Below are positions 19,695-30,915 of a stretch of 64,000 nt of DNA, in pieces. How positions within the stretch are numbered: the first letter of the stretch is position 1; each line of letters begins with the position of its first letter. The notes beneath the pieces were generated by a model, which ran no database searches, was not told the origin of the DNA, and worked only from the letters and a program-made list of their open reading frames with translations. The DNA is from an uncultured Verrucomicrobiae bacterium. Its GTDB lineage: Bacteria; Verrucomicrobiota; Verrucomicrobiia; Limisphaerales; Palsa-1400. The stretch is taken from NCBI GenBank assembly GCA_963707025.1, contig CAVPOM010000003.1, positions 192,001-256,000 on the forward strand, written 5' to 3'. A program made the translations under genes and the position numbers.

Positions 19695-19878
19695 GCCCCC
19701 GCTGCGTTTGCAGCCGCCGGCTGGCTGGATGGGATGGGCGGTGGTTTGGACTGGATCGGCCCTGGCGGCCAGGCCGGTTCCTGGCGTGTTGGCCCCCCCC
19801 TTCCTCAAGGGGGATGCGCTTTGTTCAATAAAACGGAAGTTTTCTCTTGCATATTGGAATCGAATATGGTGAAGTCGT
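19695..19878 (+). promoter_or_regulatory. Conserved upstream region of giant protein gene 2
   Basis: Homologous to 14796-14980; TTGCAT at 19847. Confidence 0.65.
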
Positions 19879-20082
19879 CAGAAGTGTCAGGAAAGATGCG
19901 TGAGACCACTGGGTCTATTCGTGAATTTGAATGGCACAACTCAGCAAAGCGGGTCATCCGATCCCACGGCACGAGGAATGGCCAAAGGCCCCCATTTTTG
20001 ATGGGTTTTTGTGGAATGGCCGCCGGATGGATGTGAAACCAAGTAAGACAGTAAAGCGTTCGAAACTAACTCGGAAAATCGT

Positions 20083-23000
20083 ATGAAAAAATTAAGCTTG
20101 CTTCAATTGGGGTGTGTGTTGGGAGTGTTCGCCGGCTCCGCCGCGTATTCGCAGGTCTTCAACATGCATAATATCAACCAGGGTTTCGCCAATTACGGCG
20201 GTTACAATGTGATGATGTTCGGCCAGGGCGCCTACAGCGATACCGGAAACAATATCTGGAATGGGTTCGATAATCCGGACAGCCCGGGCAGCACGGATTC
20301 CTATGGCAGCGGCCGTACTGATGACGCCCTTTTGCCTGGCAATCCGGGCAATCCGTATGCCCACTCCCGCAATGGATACTGGGCGCCCAACAACGGGGCT
20401 GCCACCACCCCGGTTTTGTTTGCGCCGGCCAACTTTACCAGCACCAGCGCCGGCAACGCCTACTCCAGCGGCACCCTTTCCCCCATCACCGTGCCCGTGC
20501 TCATCCGCGGCTTTGACAGCGGAACCGCGCTGGCTACTGCCGACAGGACAAACCCGGAATGGATTTTTTCCGAAGCCACCTGTGTGAACGCGGCCAATCC
20601 GGGCCAGCCAATCATTCCCGGTGTTCCTTTGGGCGTGGTTGTGCTCAGCAATGTTCCGGCGGGCACCTATTCCCTGTATCTTTACGGCGCGAACTATGAC
20701 GGCACGCGCGGCGCCAACTTTGTCGTCACCAACGCCGGCAGCACGCCGTTAAACGGATTGACCACGGCGATGAATCCCAACGCCGCCGCCGGCAGCGGTC
20801 CGCTCAACACCTACGTCCTGGGACAGGACTACGTGGAGTACGACAACGTGGTGCCGGATGCTCATGGCGTGGTCGGATTCACCTGGGGCGCCATCAGCAA
20901 TGTCAACAGCACTCTGACGGGGGAGGGTGACTTCAACGGACTGCAACTGGTCAAGGATACGGCTGTTCTCGCGCCGCCGTCCTTTGCGCAACAGCCGTTC
21001 AACTCGACTTTTGGCGGAGGCACCACCGCGACATTGTTTGCCGACGCCAGGGGCAACCCCGCGCCGGCCGTGGAATGGTGGAAGACAAATGCCGATACCA
21101 CCGTTTCAGATACCGGCCAGAGCGGCGCCACGCTGACTTTCGCCAATTTTGCAGCCGGCAACGCCGGTAGTTATTTTGCGGTGGCGCAGAACACCGGCGG
21201 CACAGCCACCAGCGCTGCTGCGTTGCTCAGTATTTCGACCATCCCCACCATCGCTTTGCAATCTCCCGGCGCCACTGAGACCCTCGTTGCCGGCCAGAGC
21301 CTCACACTTGCGGTGTCAGCCACAGGCCCTTCGCCCACCTATAACTGGTACTCCAATGGTGTCCAGGTGGCGACCACATCCGGCACCCCAACCGTGGTCA
21401 ACAACGGGACTACCGTTGATTATAGTGCGACGCGCAGTTCTGCAACCATAGGCCCCTTCGCAGCGAGCTGCACGCTGCTTTGCACCGTCGTCAACTCCTA
21501 CAGCCCCTCGGGAGTGAGCGATACTGCCACCGCACTGACCGTGATTCCGCAACTCACCGGCACCTATGACACCTTTATTCTTGGCCTAAACCCTGTCGCC
21601 TACTGGCCGCTCAATGAGAGCAGCGGAACGGTTGCCTACAATTATTCCATCAGCGGCGGCCCCGCCTTGGACGGGACCGTCCAGGAGTTCGCCAACGCCC
21701 CGAACGTGCTGGCCGTTCCCGGCCCGGCCCTTTTCGGCTTTTCCGGGGCCAACACCGGCGTTTCCGTCGGCCTCCTCAATGCCGGCGCCGGCAATGACCT
21801 GGTCGCCGCAAATTATTGTGGCACGATGAACGTCGCCGGGGGCGAAGCGGGCACTGGAATTCTGGTGACCAACAGCGCCCTGGAACTGACCGGCAATTTT
21901 ACCGTGGTCACATGGGCTCTGATACCCACGGGTCTGGTCTTGAATAATCAAGGATACCTGTTTGGCCAGCAGAACAGCGCCAACGGCAATGCGGTTTTCC
22001 TGGGCCAGAATGGCAACCAGAACTGGAGCACGGTGAACAGCACCACCTTGAACGGCGGTCCGACTTACGCCGACGGCAACTGGCACTTGTGGGTTTATAT
22101 TAATAATGGCCATCATGGCAGCAATTATATTGACAACGTTTTGGTGGAGAGCGGAAGTTATCGCGCCAATGCGTCCTACAACGGCCTCCCCGTCACCACC
22201 ATTGGCTCGGATTCTCCCGGCGGTTACACCCGGAATTGGAACGGCGACCTCTGCCGCATGGCGGTTTTCAACACCGCGTTCACGGCGGACCAGGTGGCCG
22301 CTCTGTATAACGGCTCCGGCATCCAGCCGATCATCACCGTCAATCCGCCCGTCCTCGTCGTTGCCAACGCCGGCACCGCCGCCGCCTTGGGCATTGTCAA
22401 CGCCGTCGGAAGCACGCCCTTGACTTATCAATGGTATGTTCTCCCGGCCGGAGGCGGTGGACCCACCGCTTTGGCCAATGGCGGACGCATTTCAGGTGCC
22501 ACAGGAACGACCGGCACCAACCTGGTCATCAACCCGGTGGAGGCAACGGATGCGGGGACTTATTACGTGACGGTCGCCAACGGCTTCGGCACGCCCCCCA
22601 CGAGCACATCGGTTGCGCTGGAGATTCCTACCGCGGTCACTGCGGATGTTTACGCGGGCGCGAGTCCCACCTTCACCGTCGCGCCGGGCGCCGCTTCTTA
22701 TCAGTGGAGCAGCAACGGAGTGCCGGTCATCGGCGCGACCGGCAGCACTTTCACCCTGGCCAGCGTGACGGTGGCCCAATCTCCCGTGACGGTGTCTTGT
22801 TTGATTAACGGCACCATCAGCAGCGCCACTTATACGGTGAATATCGCCCCCGCGCCGACCGACTTGTATCCTCTCGCGGTGCTGGCGGACCATCCCATCG
22901 CCTACTTCCGTCTGGATGAGGCCGATAATGGAACCGGCAACAACGGGCTGCCTGCGTTTGATCGTATCAGCGGCAACAATGGCATTTACAGCAACGCCAC

Positions 23001-25182
23001 CCTCGGCGCGACGGGCTACCCCATTGACGGCGGCCTGACTGTCAACAGCGACGGGGCGGCCCAATTTGGCTCGCTGGCCACCTCCGACAGCTTTGCCGCG
23101 TTCATTCCGAATATAGACTTCGGGCTGGCGGCCAGCAATTCCCCGGCCCAACTCGGCAACGGGGAGTTCTCGGTGGAGGCCTGGGTGATGGGAGTGCAAG
23201 GAGGCAACAGGGGCATCGTCACCAAGGGCTATGGCGGCGGCAACCAGACCTTGCCGCACGGCGAGCAGTTCTCGCTCCAGACCAGCGCCGGCGGCGGCAA
23301 TTTCGAGTTCCTCGTTAATGACGCAGCCGACGACACCGCCAACCTCACCTACGTCACCAGCGCCAACACCTTGAGCAACGATTTCGTCACGCCGCTCTGG
23401 TACCATCTGGTCGGCGTCTGTGACCAGACCAATGGCTACATTTATCTCTATAAAAACGGTTTGCTGGCCGGCAAATCCGCCCTGCCCCCCGGCAAAGGGA
23501 TCTTAAGCGCGCCGACCACGCCGTTAAGCATCGGCGCCAAGCAGGTGCATGATACCTCGGGCAATTACACCGGCCAGTGGATTGGAACGGTTGATGAAGT
23601 GGCCATTTACAACAAGGCCCTGACCTCCAACCAGGTGCTCAATCACTATTTTGCCGCCGGGATTGTCCCCATATTCCTGGTGCAACCGACCAACGATCCC
23701 AACATCGGCAGTTCCGGCAGTACCAACGCGGGTCTGGGATCGAGCGTGACGCTGACCGCGCTGGGCTACGGCAGCCCGGCCTTGCATTACCAATGGTATG
23801 ATCACAACGGCGGGGCCGCTCCCATTGCGGTGAATTCGGCGCAGGAACCGGGGAACATCGGGGCCACCACGCCGACGCTCACGCTCAAGAACGTCAGCAG
23901 CATCGCCGCCGGCGGCACTGTCAACACCATCGGGAGCGGGGTGTTTGAAGTGGTCGTGAGCAATCCCTATGGCGCTGTCACCAGTGCCATCGTGACAATC
24001 ACCCCTGTTTCCGGCCCGCCCTCCATCAGCCCGGATCTGCCTGCCACCAACTACGCGCTGATTGGCGGTTCCGCTGTTTTCGCCGTGGGCCAGAACGGGG
24101 AATTCCCACAAACCAATGCCTGGTACTACAACAACGGGGGCGGCGCCGTCAAGCTCACGGACGGGGGCCGCATCAGCGGCTCCACGACCGGCGCGTTGAC
24201 GATTGCCAACGTGACGCTGGCCGACGAGGGCACTTATCAGCTCTTTGTCACCAATTCCATATCGTATCCGTTTGGAGTGTCGAGTTCTCCTTCAACGCTG
24301 TTGGTTGTACTGGAGCCGGCCTTCAACGGCGGCTCCGGCTGGACGCTGAATGCCACGGCGGGGGAGACTTTATTGCCTTCCATCTCCGGCGACGTGCTGG
24401 AACTTACGCAAAACACCGGCGGCCAGGCCAACAGTTTCTTCTTCGATACTCCGATGTATTGCGGCGCCTTTAAGGCTTCGTTCACCTACCAGGATGTCAC
24501 CCGCGCCGGGGCGGATGGATTTAGCTTCTGCCTGCAAAATGACCCGGCAGGGACGGCTGCTCTCGGCCAGGGCGGCGGCGAAATCGGGTACGGGGGCGCT
24601 GAGACCGGGACCTTACCCTACATCACGAACAGCGTCGCCGTGGGATTCGACATCTACAATGGCCACACCATCGGCTGCGAGCTCTTGACCGGGGGAAATC
24701 AGACTTATGCCTATGGTTCTGTGCAACCTGTAGGCCTCACCAGTGGCGATCTGATCAACATCGGCCTCAACTATGATGGAAATACCATCACCGTGTCATT
24801 TGCGGATCCGACCGCAAGTACTTCCTACGTCACCAACTACGTGATCGGCCCGATTGCCCAATATGTGGGCGCCAATACCGCCCTGGTCGGATTCACGGGC
24901 GCCACCGGGGGAGTCGAGGCTCAGCAAAATATCTCCGCGTTCACCTACACCCCGATTCCGATCATGTCGGCGGCCATCAGCGGCAACAACGCGGTCATCA
25001 CCTGGCCGACGGCCATAGGCGGTTATGTCCTGCAATCCACCCACGCATTGCCCGCAGGACAAACGGGACCGGGAGCATGGGCAACCGTGCCGGCCAGTTC
25101 TTATAGTATCGTCAACGGCAATTACCAGTTCACCGTGCCAACGTCCAATGGCACCACCTACTACCAGTTGTTCCTGCCATAA
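20083..25182 (+). CDS. Giant secreted Ig + LamG + L-type lectin protein (paralog 2)
   Basis: Signal peptide; distinct N-terminus; C-terminal ~870 aa nearly identical to paralog 1. Confidence 0.85.
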   Translation: MKKLSLLQLGCVLGVFAGSAAYSQVFNMHNINQGFANYGGYNVMMFGQGAYSDTGNNIWNGFDNPDSPGSTDSYGSGRTDDALLPGNPGNPYAHSRNGYWAPNNGAATTPVLFAPANFTSTSAGNAYSSGTLSPITVPVLIRGFDSGTALATADRTNPEWIFSEATCVNAANPGQPIIPGVPLGVVVLSNVPAGTYSLYLYGANYDGTRGANFVVTNAGSTPLNGLTTAMNPNAAAGSGPLNTYVLGQDYVEYDNVVPDAHGVVGFTWGAISNVNSTLTGEGDFNGLQLVKDTAVLAPPSFAQQPFNSTFGGGTTATLFADARGNPAPAVEWWKTNADTTVSDTGQSGATLTFANFAAGNAGSYFAVAQNTGGTATSAAALLSISTIPTIALQSPGATETLVAGQSLTLAVSATGPSPTYNWYSNGVQVATTSGTPTVVNNGTTVDYSATRSSATIGPFAASCTLLCTVVNSYSPSGVSDTATALTVIPQLTGTYDTFILGLNPVAYWPLNESSGTVAYNYSISGGPALDGTVQEFANAPNVLAVPGPALFGFSGANTGVSVGLLNAGAGNDLVAANYCGTMNVAGGEAGTGILVTNSALELTGNFTVVTWALIPTGLVLNNQGYLFGQQNSANGNAVFLGQNGNQNWSTVNSTTLNGGPTYADGNWHLWVYINNGHHGSNYIDNVLVESGSYRANASYNGLPVTTIGSDSPGGYTRNWNGDLCRMAVFNTAFTADQVAALYNGSGIQPIITVNPPVLVVANAGTAAALGIVNAVGSTPLTYQWYVLPAGGGGPTALANGGRISGATGTTGTNLVINPVEATDAGTYYVTVANGFGTPPTSTSVALEIPTAVTADVYAGASPTFTVAPGAASYQWSSNGVPVIGATGSTFTLASVTVAQSPVTVSCLINGTISSATYTVNIAPAPTDLYPLAVLADHPIAYFRLDEADNGTGNNGLPAFDRISGNNGIYSNATLGATGYPIDGGLTVNSDGAAQFGSLATSDSFAAFIPNIDFGLAASNSPAQLGNGEFSVEAWVMGVQGGNRGIVTKGYGGGNQTLPHGEQFSLQTSAGGGNFEFLVNDAADDTANLTYVTSANTLSNDFVTPLWYHLVGVCDQTNGYIYLYKNGLLAGKSALPPGKGILSAPTTPLSIGAKQVHDTSGNYTGQWIGTVDEVAIYNKALTSNQVLNHYFAAGIVPIFLVQPTNDPNIGSSGSTNAGLGSSVTLTALGYGSPALHYQWYDHNGGAAPIAVNSAQEPGNIGATTPTLTLKNVSSIAAGGTVNTIGSGVFEVVVSNPYGAVTSAIVTITPVSGPPSISPDLPATNYALIGGSAVFAVGQNGEFPQTNAWYYNNGGGAVKLTDGGRISGSTTGALTIANVTLADEGTYQLFVTNSISYPFGVSSSPSTLLVVLEPAFNGGSGWTLNATAGETLLPSISGDVLELTQNTGGQANSFFFDTPMYCGAFKASFTYQDVTRAGADGFSFCLQNDPAGTAALGQGGGEIGYGGAETGTLPYITNSVAVGFDIYNGHTIGCELLTGGNQTYAYGSVQPVGLTSGDLINIGLNYDGNTITVSFADPTASTSYVTNYVIGPIAQYVGANTALVGFTGATGGVEAQQNISAFTYTPIPIMSAAISGNNAVITWPTAIGGYVLQSTHALPAGQTGPGAWATVPASSYSIVNGNYQFTVPTSNGTTYYQLFLP

Positions 25183-25197
25183 AAAGGCGGGTTAACC

Positions 25198-25278
25198 GGG
25201 ATGCCAATACCATAAGCATCCCGTAAGAATAAAGAATACAGGCGGCGGCTGGGAAGAAATTCCCGGCCGCTGTTTTTT
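25198..25278 (+). terminator. Conserved hairpin plus intrinsic terminator
   Basis: Near-identical to 19500-19583. Confidence 0.75.
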
Positions 25279-25446
25279 GAGGCGTGACCTGAGGCCGGAC
25301 AGAAGTGCTAAAACCGCGTCTTATGGCCCATCAGGCGGTTTGCCCAATCTGGCATGGCATAAGCCTTGCTGTGGCGTAATGGCCTTCAACATGGCGCAAC
25401 TCCGCGGCTGAATGCAATCTCAATGGTCTGCGCGACGCGACAGTAT

Positions 25447-25571
25447 TTATCGCCTGTCAAATAGCCGCCAGAGCAAGTCGCTGGCCTTGCGCGCGGAGAT
25501 TCGGATGCGCAGGATTTTTCGCGCAAACCCTCCCCTGGCATTGTTGTCCTCCATGAAGGCGGACAACTCAT
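25447..25571 (-). pseudogene. 3' fragment duplicate of the 29695-30045 hypothetical gene
   Basis: ELSAFMEDNNARGGFARKILRIRISARKA versus ELSAFMEDNNAKGGFARKMLRLRISAPKA. Confidence 0.75.
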
Positions 25572-25595
25572 AAACGGCTTGAAAGGGCGCAATCA

Positions 25596-26060
25596 TCATC
25601 GTCCACCCGGCGCGCTTGGCGCACGGACAGAGACAAACTGGTTGCTCTCCAACCACCAGGCTTTGAGCCGCCGGGCAAACTCGCAAAGTTGCTCGAATTG
25701 CGAAGGTTTGATCACAACGGAATTGGCCCCGAGTTGATAGGCGCGTCTGGCGTCACTCTCGTTCGGTGATGAGGTCAGGAGGATCACCACCACCGTCCGG
25801 AGGGCGTCTTGCCCGCGAATCCACTTCAAAACCTCCAGCCCGTCTTTCTTCCGAAGTTTCAGGTCGAGCAAAACCAGCCCGGGCAGTGGATATTGCTTGC
25901 GGTCGGCAAAAGGTCCTGTGCCGGCCAGGCAAGCCATGGCCATCTGTCCGTCGGTGGCGACCTGCAGGGGGTTGGTGACAGCCTCGCGCTTAAAGACGCT
26001 TTGAAGCAGAAAGATGTCGGTATCCTCATCCTCGACAAACAAAATGCAGGTGTTGGACAT
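25596..26060 (-). CDS. Single-domain response regulator (Rcp1-like)
   Basis: ILFVEDE, LVLLDLKL..KDGLEVLKWIR, LTSS, AYQLGANS..KP. Confidence 0.9.
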   Translation of the reverse strand: MSNTCILFVEDEDTDIFLLQSVFKREAVTNPLQVATDGQMAMACLAGTGPFADRKQYPLPGLVLLDLKLRKKDGLEVLKWIRGQDALRTVVVILLTSSPNESDARRAYQLGANSVVIKPSQFEQLCEFARRLKAWWLESNQFVSVRAPSAPGGR

Positions 26061-26090
26061 GATCTGGCGGAGGTTTGATTATGATGAAAC

Positions 26091-29079
26091 TTAACGCTGG
26101 GCTGCGGAGTGCGCGGCGCTCGGGACGGGCGCGTCAGACGGGCGCGCCGGGGTCATGCTGTGTCCCGGCTCGGCGTTTGATTCCCGGGCCTCACCCGCAT
26201 TTGGCAACTCAATCCAGAACCTGCTTCCCTGTCCGGGTTCGGACTCCAAGCCCACCCGTCCTCCCATCCGCTCGGCGGCCTTGCGCACAATGGCCAAGCC
26301 GACGCCGGTGCCGGGGTATTCGACCTCGCGGTGCATCCGTTGGAACATGCGGAATATCTTCTCTTGAGCGTCTTTTGGAATCCCGATGCCGTTGTCTTCT
26401 ATCCAGATGCGGACAAAACGCGTGGCGGCTGGGGTTTGAGGGTTCTGGGAAGCCGCCGCAGGGGATTGGTCCGGCTTGTTGCTCTTTGCGACATCTCGCT
26501 GGCCCAGCGTTTCAGCCCAGAGGCGGATGCGGGGCTTGACGCCGGGGGCGACGAACTTGGCGGCGTTTCCCAACAGGTTGCCCAAGCACTGCGTCAGCAG
26601 CGACTCATTCCCCAGCACAGCCAGGTCGTTGAACTCGATGTTGATGTCGGCGGCCGACGGTTGCAGGTTCGGATAGGTTTCAATCATGCCGCGCAGCAGA
26701 CTGCGGACCTCCACGGCCGTGAGGGGCAACTCTTCACCCACTACCCGGTTGTAATTGAGCGCGTCGGTAATCAACCGGTCCAGGCGATTGGCGGAAACCC
26801 GGATGCGCCGGATATAGTCCAGGCCCGGTGGCCGCGAGCAATCGGTAGATTCCTGCTCGATCATCGTGGCGATGCTCTGCATGGCCCGGAGCGGGGCGCG
26901 CATGTCGTGAACCATGCTGTAGGACATGTGCTGCAGTTCGGTCATGGCCTCCCTCAGCCTGGCAGTCCGCACCTCCACCAACTGCTCCAAAACCTCCTTG
27001 CTCTCCGCCAACAGATGGCGCGCCCGCACAATCTCCCCGATGTCGCGCAAAATCTTGGAGGCCCCAACCATCCGGCCCCGGCTGTCCTTTACCGGCGAAA
27101 TCGTCACCGACACGTCCAGCGGCTGCCCGCCCTTGGCCAAGCGCATGGTTTCGTAGTGCTCCACGGTTTCCCCGCGCTTGAGCCGTTCCAGCACCTCGTT
27201 CTCCTCGTCCAGTCGTTCCGGCGGGATGAGGAGGGGCAACGTCCGGCCAACCACCTCCCGGGCTTTGTAACCAAACATCCGTTCCGCCCCCGCATTCCAG
27301 GTCCGGATCTTGCCGTCCAATGCGATCGAAAGAATGGCGTCATCGGACCACTCGACGATGGCCGCCAGAAGGTCCTGCGCCTCCTCCGCCTGTTTGCGCC
27401 GCGTCATGTCGGTCTCCACCGCCACCCAACCATCTACCAGGCCGGCGGCATCATAAGTGGGGGTGTAAACCGCGCTGATCCAGACCACGCCGACCCCCGC
27501 GAAATGCACCTCGGCCTCCCATTCAACCCTTCGTCCACGGAGGACCTCCTCGATGTAGGGCCGCACCGCCTCGTAGCCCGACGGACCGATAACTTCAATG
27601 ATGGGATGGCCAGTTACCTCCTCGACCGCCCGGCCAAGCCACCGGGCATAGGCCCTATTCGCCCACACATACCGCCGGTCCCAACCGCAACGGGTGACGC
27701 CGACTGACATGGTGTCAGTTACCGTTTGCAACTGTGCCTGGGTCTGGCGGAGCGCCTGCTCGGCCTGGCCTCGCTCAATAAAGTCGGCCGCCTGGCGGGC
27801 GAGCAAATCCAGCAAACGCAAGTCCCGGGCACTGGGCTGATGCTTGGTGGGAAAGTGGGTGGAGAGCACTCCGACCAATTTGCCGGTGTGGGCCAACAGG
27901 GGAGTGCAGACCATCGCGCGCACCCCGGCGGCCAGGACGAGTTGGAGAGCGGCCGGCTCGGCGACGAAGAGGGGGCTGATCGTCACGTCTTCGACGACAA
28001 CGGCTTGTCGAGTCTCTGCGGCGGTGCCGCAGGCGGCGGACCCGGAGCGGATGTGGCTGAAATAATCAACAAAAGCCGGGTCGTATCCCCGTTGTATGGT
28101 GATGCCGAGTTCGCCCGTAGTGACGTTCATGATCTGGATGTGGCCTTTGGCGGCATTGGTGATGGCGAGTGCAGTGTCAAGAGCCAGGCCGAGCAAAACC
28201 TGGAGGTCAGCCTCGGAACCGAGGAAGCGGGTGCTCAGTGCATGGAGCCGATTCATGTCTGCCAAATCCGCCGCCAACTCCTTCCGGCTGCGGCGGAGAG
28301 CCTCGTCCAATTGTCTGCGCTCAGTGACGTCCTGCTTGATGGCAATGAACCGATTGATCGCACCGTCCGCGTCAGTCAGTGGAGTGATGGTCATATCCTC
28401 GGTGTAGAGGCTGCCGTTCTTGCGTTTGTTAACCACCTCGCCCTGCCAGACGCGGCCCGCCAGGATGGTCTCCCACATGTGCTTGTAGAAGGCGGGCTCT
28501 TCGTTGCCCGGCCTTCAGCAGGCGTGGATTCTGACCGAGCGCTTCGGCGGCCGTGTAGCCGGTCAGACGAGTGAAGGCCGGGTTGATCCATTGCATGGCG
28601 CCATCCCGATCGGTGATGATTATGGCGTTGGCGGCGGACTCCAGGGCGGCGGCCTGGATCCTCAATTGCTCCCCGCCAAGCTGGAGTTGGGTATTTTGAG
28701 CCTGGAGCCGCTGGTTGGCCGTGCGGAGCAGGCCACCGAGGATGCTGATGACAATATTGACGGCGATAAAAATAGTCAGGCCAACGACATCCTCAGAGGA
28801 GGGGACGGCCGGTTGTCCCCGGGGTTCTATGAAAAAGTAGGTGGCGGCCAGCGCCGTCAGGAGCGTGGCCAGCAAGCCGGGACCTCTGCCGCCGAACACG
28901 GCACTGAGGATGGTGACGGGGTAGAAGACGACGAAGGGGTGGAATTCGCCGACGGCCCTCCCGATCATCCAGCGCAAGAGAGCTGCCACGGCGGTGCCAG
29001 CCAGAGCCACCGCGTACCCCGCCCCTGACCCGGTTGGCGGGCCGGCGCTACGTGGTGCGGTTTGGCTTGCCGGTTCCAC
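26091..29079 (-). CDS. Membrane (DUF4118-like) PAS-GAF-PAS-PAS histidine kinase; frameshift at ~28500
   Basis: Two overlapping ORFs split one PAS domain (GQNPRLLKAGQ / EPAFYKHMWETIL); HDMRAPL H-box, NLLGNAAKF, DNGIG, GTGVGL. Confidence 0.85.
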
Positions 29080-29263
29080 ATCAGGGCGGCTTGTGAATTA
29101 ATAAACTAATTCTTACAACTGAATTCGATACAATACCCCCTTCCCGCGGAATGTCAAAAATGGGTAAAAGAGGGTGGTGTATCAATTTGGATTTTGAAAG
29201 TTTTCCGCCAGGCGAAAAGGGGGACTTGACAGGGGTGCGATATTGGCCGCATCCAAACGACAC

Positions 29264-29542
29264 TCAATCCAGTGGGGAGTAGTCAAACTCAAGATGATTC
29301 ACAAATTCCGGGTGATGATGAGGGCAAACTTTCAAATGCCGAATCGAATAAACGCAGCCGTCTGACGTTTGCAACTTGGTTGCATGGCTTGGAAGCAAGT
29401 GAACGTCTTTTGGAACTTGAGGCCAAAACGTCCCAAAACCGTGCTCGGTGTGAAGGCGTGCTGTCCCGATGGAAAGAGGCCGGTTATCCCGATCCAGAAA
29501 AGTGGCCTGAAACTCGAAATGCGGATTGTCTTCATCCTTCAT
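29264..29542 (-). CDS. Hypothetical protein
   Basis: 92-aa ATG ORF co-oriented with its neighbours. Confidence 0.4.
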   Translation of the reverse strand: MKDEDNPHFEFQATFLDRDNRPLSIGTARLHTEHGFGTFWPQVPKDVHLLPSHATKLQTSDGCVYSIRHLKVCPHHHPEFVNHLEFDYSPLD

Positions 29543-29694
29543 ATTCGCTTAGTCACGCAGAATGGCCGAATCTGCCGGTTTAAGCAACATCTAAAAGTCC
29601 GACAAAACAGAATCTTCAACTGTCTCCACAGGGACAGAATTCATCGCCTGTCCAGACCATCCCGGAAAGCCCTGCGCTCGTTTGATCGCTTCGT

Positions 29695-30045
29695 TTACCC
29701 CCTGTCAAATAGCTGCCAGACCAAATGTCTGGCCTTCGGTGCGGAGATTCGGAGGCGCAGCATTTTTCGCGCAAAACCTCCCTTGGCATTGTTGTCCTCC
29801 ATGAAGGCGGACAACTCATTGATCGCGTCGCGCTTTCCCTGCGCCCTTCCCAAATACCGGATCAACATGAAATCCCGCTCAAAATAGCCGGGCCAGTTTT
29901 TGCGGATGAGGGGAGCCAGAAGGCGCGCGCGCCCATAGAGACACATGCGGAAGGCCCGCTCCTCATATTCCAACGGCCAGCAGTCGTAACGCTCGCAGAA
30001 ACGCGATTTCAGATCGCGAATTGGCGGGGAATCCGGCATGGTCAT
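29695..30045 (-). CDS. Hypothetical protein
   Basis: 116-aa ORF; protein-level conservation in the partial duplicate at 25447 supports coding. Confidence 0.65.
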   Translation of the reverse strand: MTMPDSPPIRDLKSRFCERYDCWPLEYEERAFRMCLYGRARLLAPLIRKNWPGYFERDFMLIRYLGRAQGKRDAINELSAFMEDNNAKGGFARKMLRLRISAPKARHLVWQLFDRG

Positions 30046-30088
30046 AACGCGGCGGCATCAATAAAGCACTCTCACAAAATAATCGTCC

Positions 30089-30391
30089 TTACCCCTCGTT
30101 TCCGGGTCCGCTTTCGGGCAGCTCACCCTCCGCCTTGACCATGGAGCCAAAGACCCGGCTGAACTCGCCCAGGCCCGTTGCAGGGATGATCACGCTATTG
30201 TACCGGCCACTGACCACTTCGGTTATGCGCAAAAACCGGCCCCGCGCATTTTCCCTTAAATTGAAAACGAAGGTCTTTCGTTCAATCACGATCTGCACGT
30301 TTTGCAGAGTGGTTTCCTCCATGCGCGCTTTGGCCGGATGTGAAATGAACGCCGGACCACGGTACGGCGATGGGAGCTCGTTCGAGATCAT
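30089..30391 (-). CDS. PUR (Pur-alpha/DUF3276-like) ssDNA/RNA-binding protein
   Basis: IERKTFVFNLRENARGRFLRITE..G..NSVIIP..GL.EF single PUR repeat. Confidence 0.8.
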   Translation of the reverse strand: MISNELPSPYRGPAFISHPAKARMEETTLQNVQIVIERKTFVFNLRENARGRFLRITEVVSGRYNSVIIPATGLGEFSRVFGSMVKAEGELPESGPGNEG

Positions 30392-30600
30392 GTCGCTGCT
30401 CGTTTTTTGCTGCGGTGAAATTCGAGAAAAACCTGGCACGATATGGTCTGCGAATGCAAGACAATTCGGCCCACCAAAAGCAGCCAGCCCCGCCCCGCAG
30501 TTGGAAAATGGCATCAAGTTTAGAAACAGGTTCAGCCGGACATCTCAAACCGCATGGCGATTTAACTGGTTTAATCGCAAGTTAAGGCGCAGGATTAACC

Positions 30601-30840
30601 ATGAAAAAAACCAAGTCTCCTCCCCGAATTGGCCAGCAACCTTTGGCAGCCGGTCAACTCTGGCGCATGGCGGAAGGGAATCTCCAAGTGGGAAGTGTTG
30701 GCAAATTGCTCGTGCATTACAAATTGGGCAAGCCCAACGCCTTCCACGTCCCCACTTCCTGCAATTCCATAAAAGCCATTGAGAAATATCTGAAAGCGAA
30801 GAAGGCCGTCCTGGCTTACGCTCCATTAACCCCTTCGTAA
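30601..30840 (+). CDS. Small basic hypothetical protein
   Basis: AGGA RBS; LAAGQLWRM..VGKLLVHYKL. Confidence 0.55.
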   Translation: MKKTKSPPRIGQQPLAAGQLWRMAEGNLQVGSVGKLLVHYKLGKPNAFHVPTSCNSIKAIEKYLKAKKAVLAYAPLTPS

Positions 30841-30915
30841 TGCCGGATGGCTTTGAGAGAAGCCTTTTGTTTTCTTGCTCGCAGAGGGGAGGGGCCTGTG
30901 GTACAAAGGCCGCGC

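Noticed and set aside
15112..25182. Diversity-generating retroelement acting on the lectin domains
   Set aside because: No reverse transcriptase in the window; the differences are not adenine-specific; both copies are full genes
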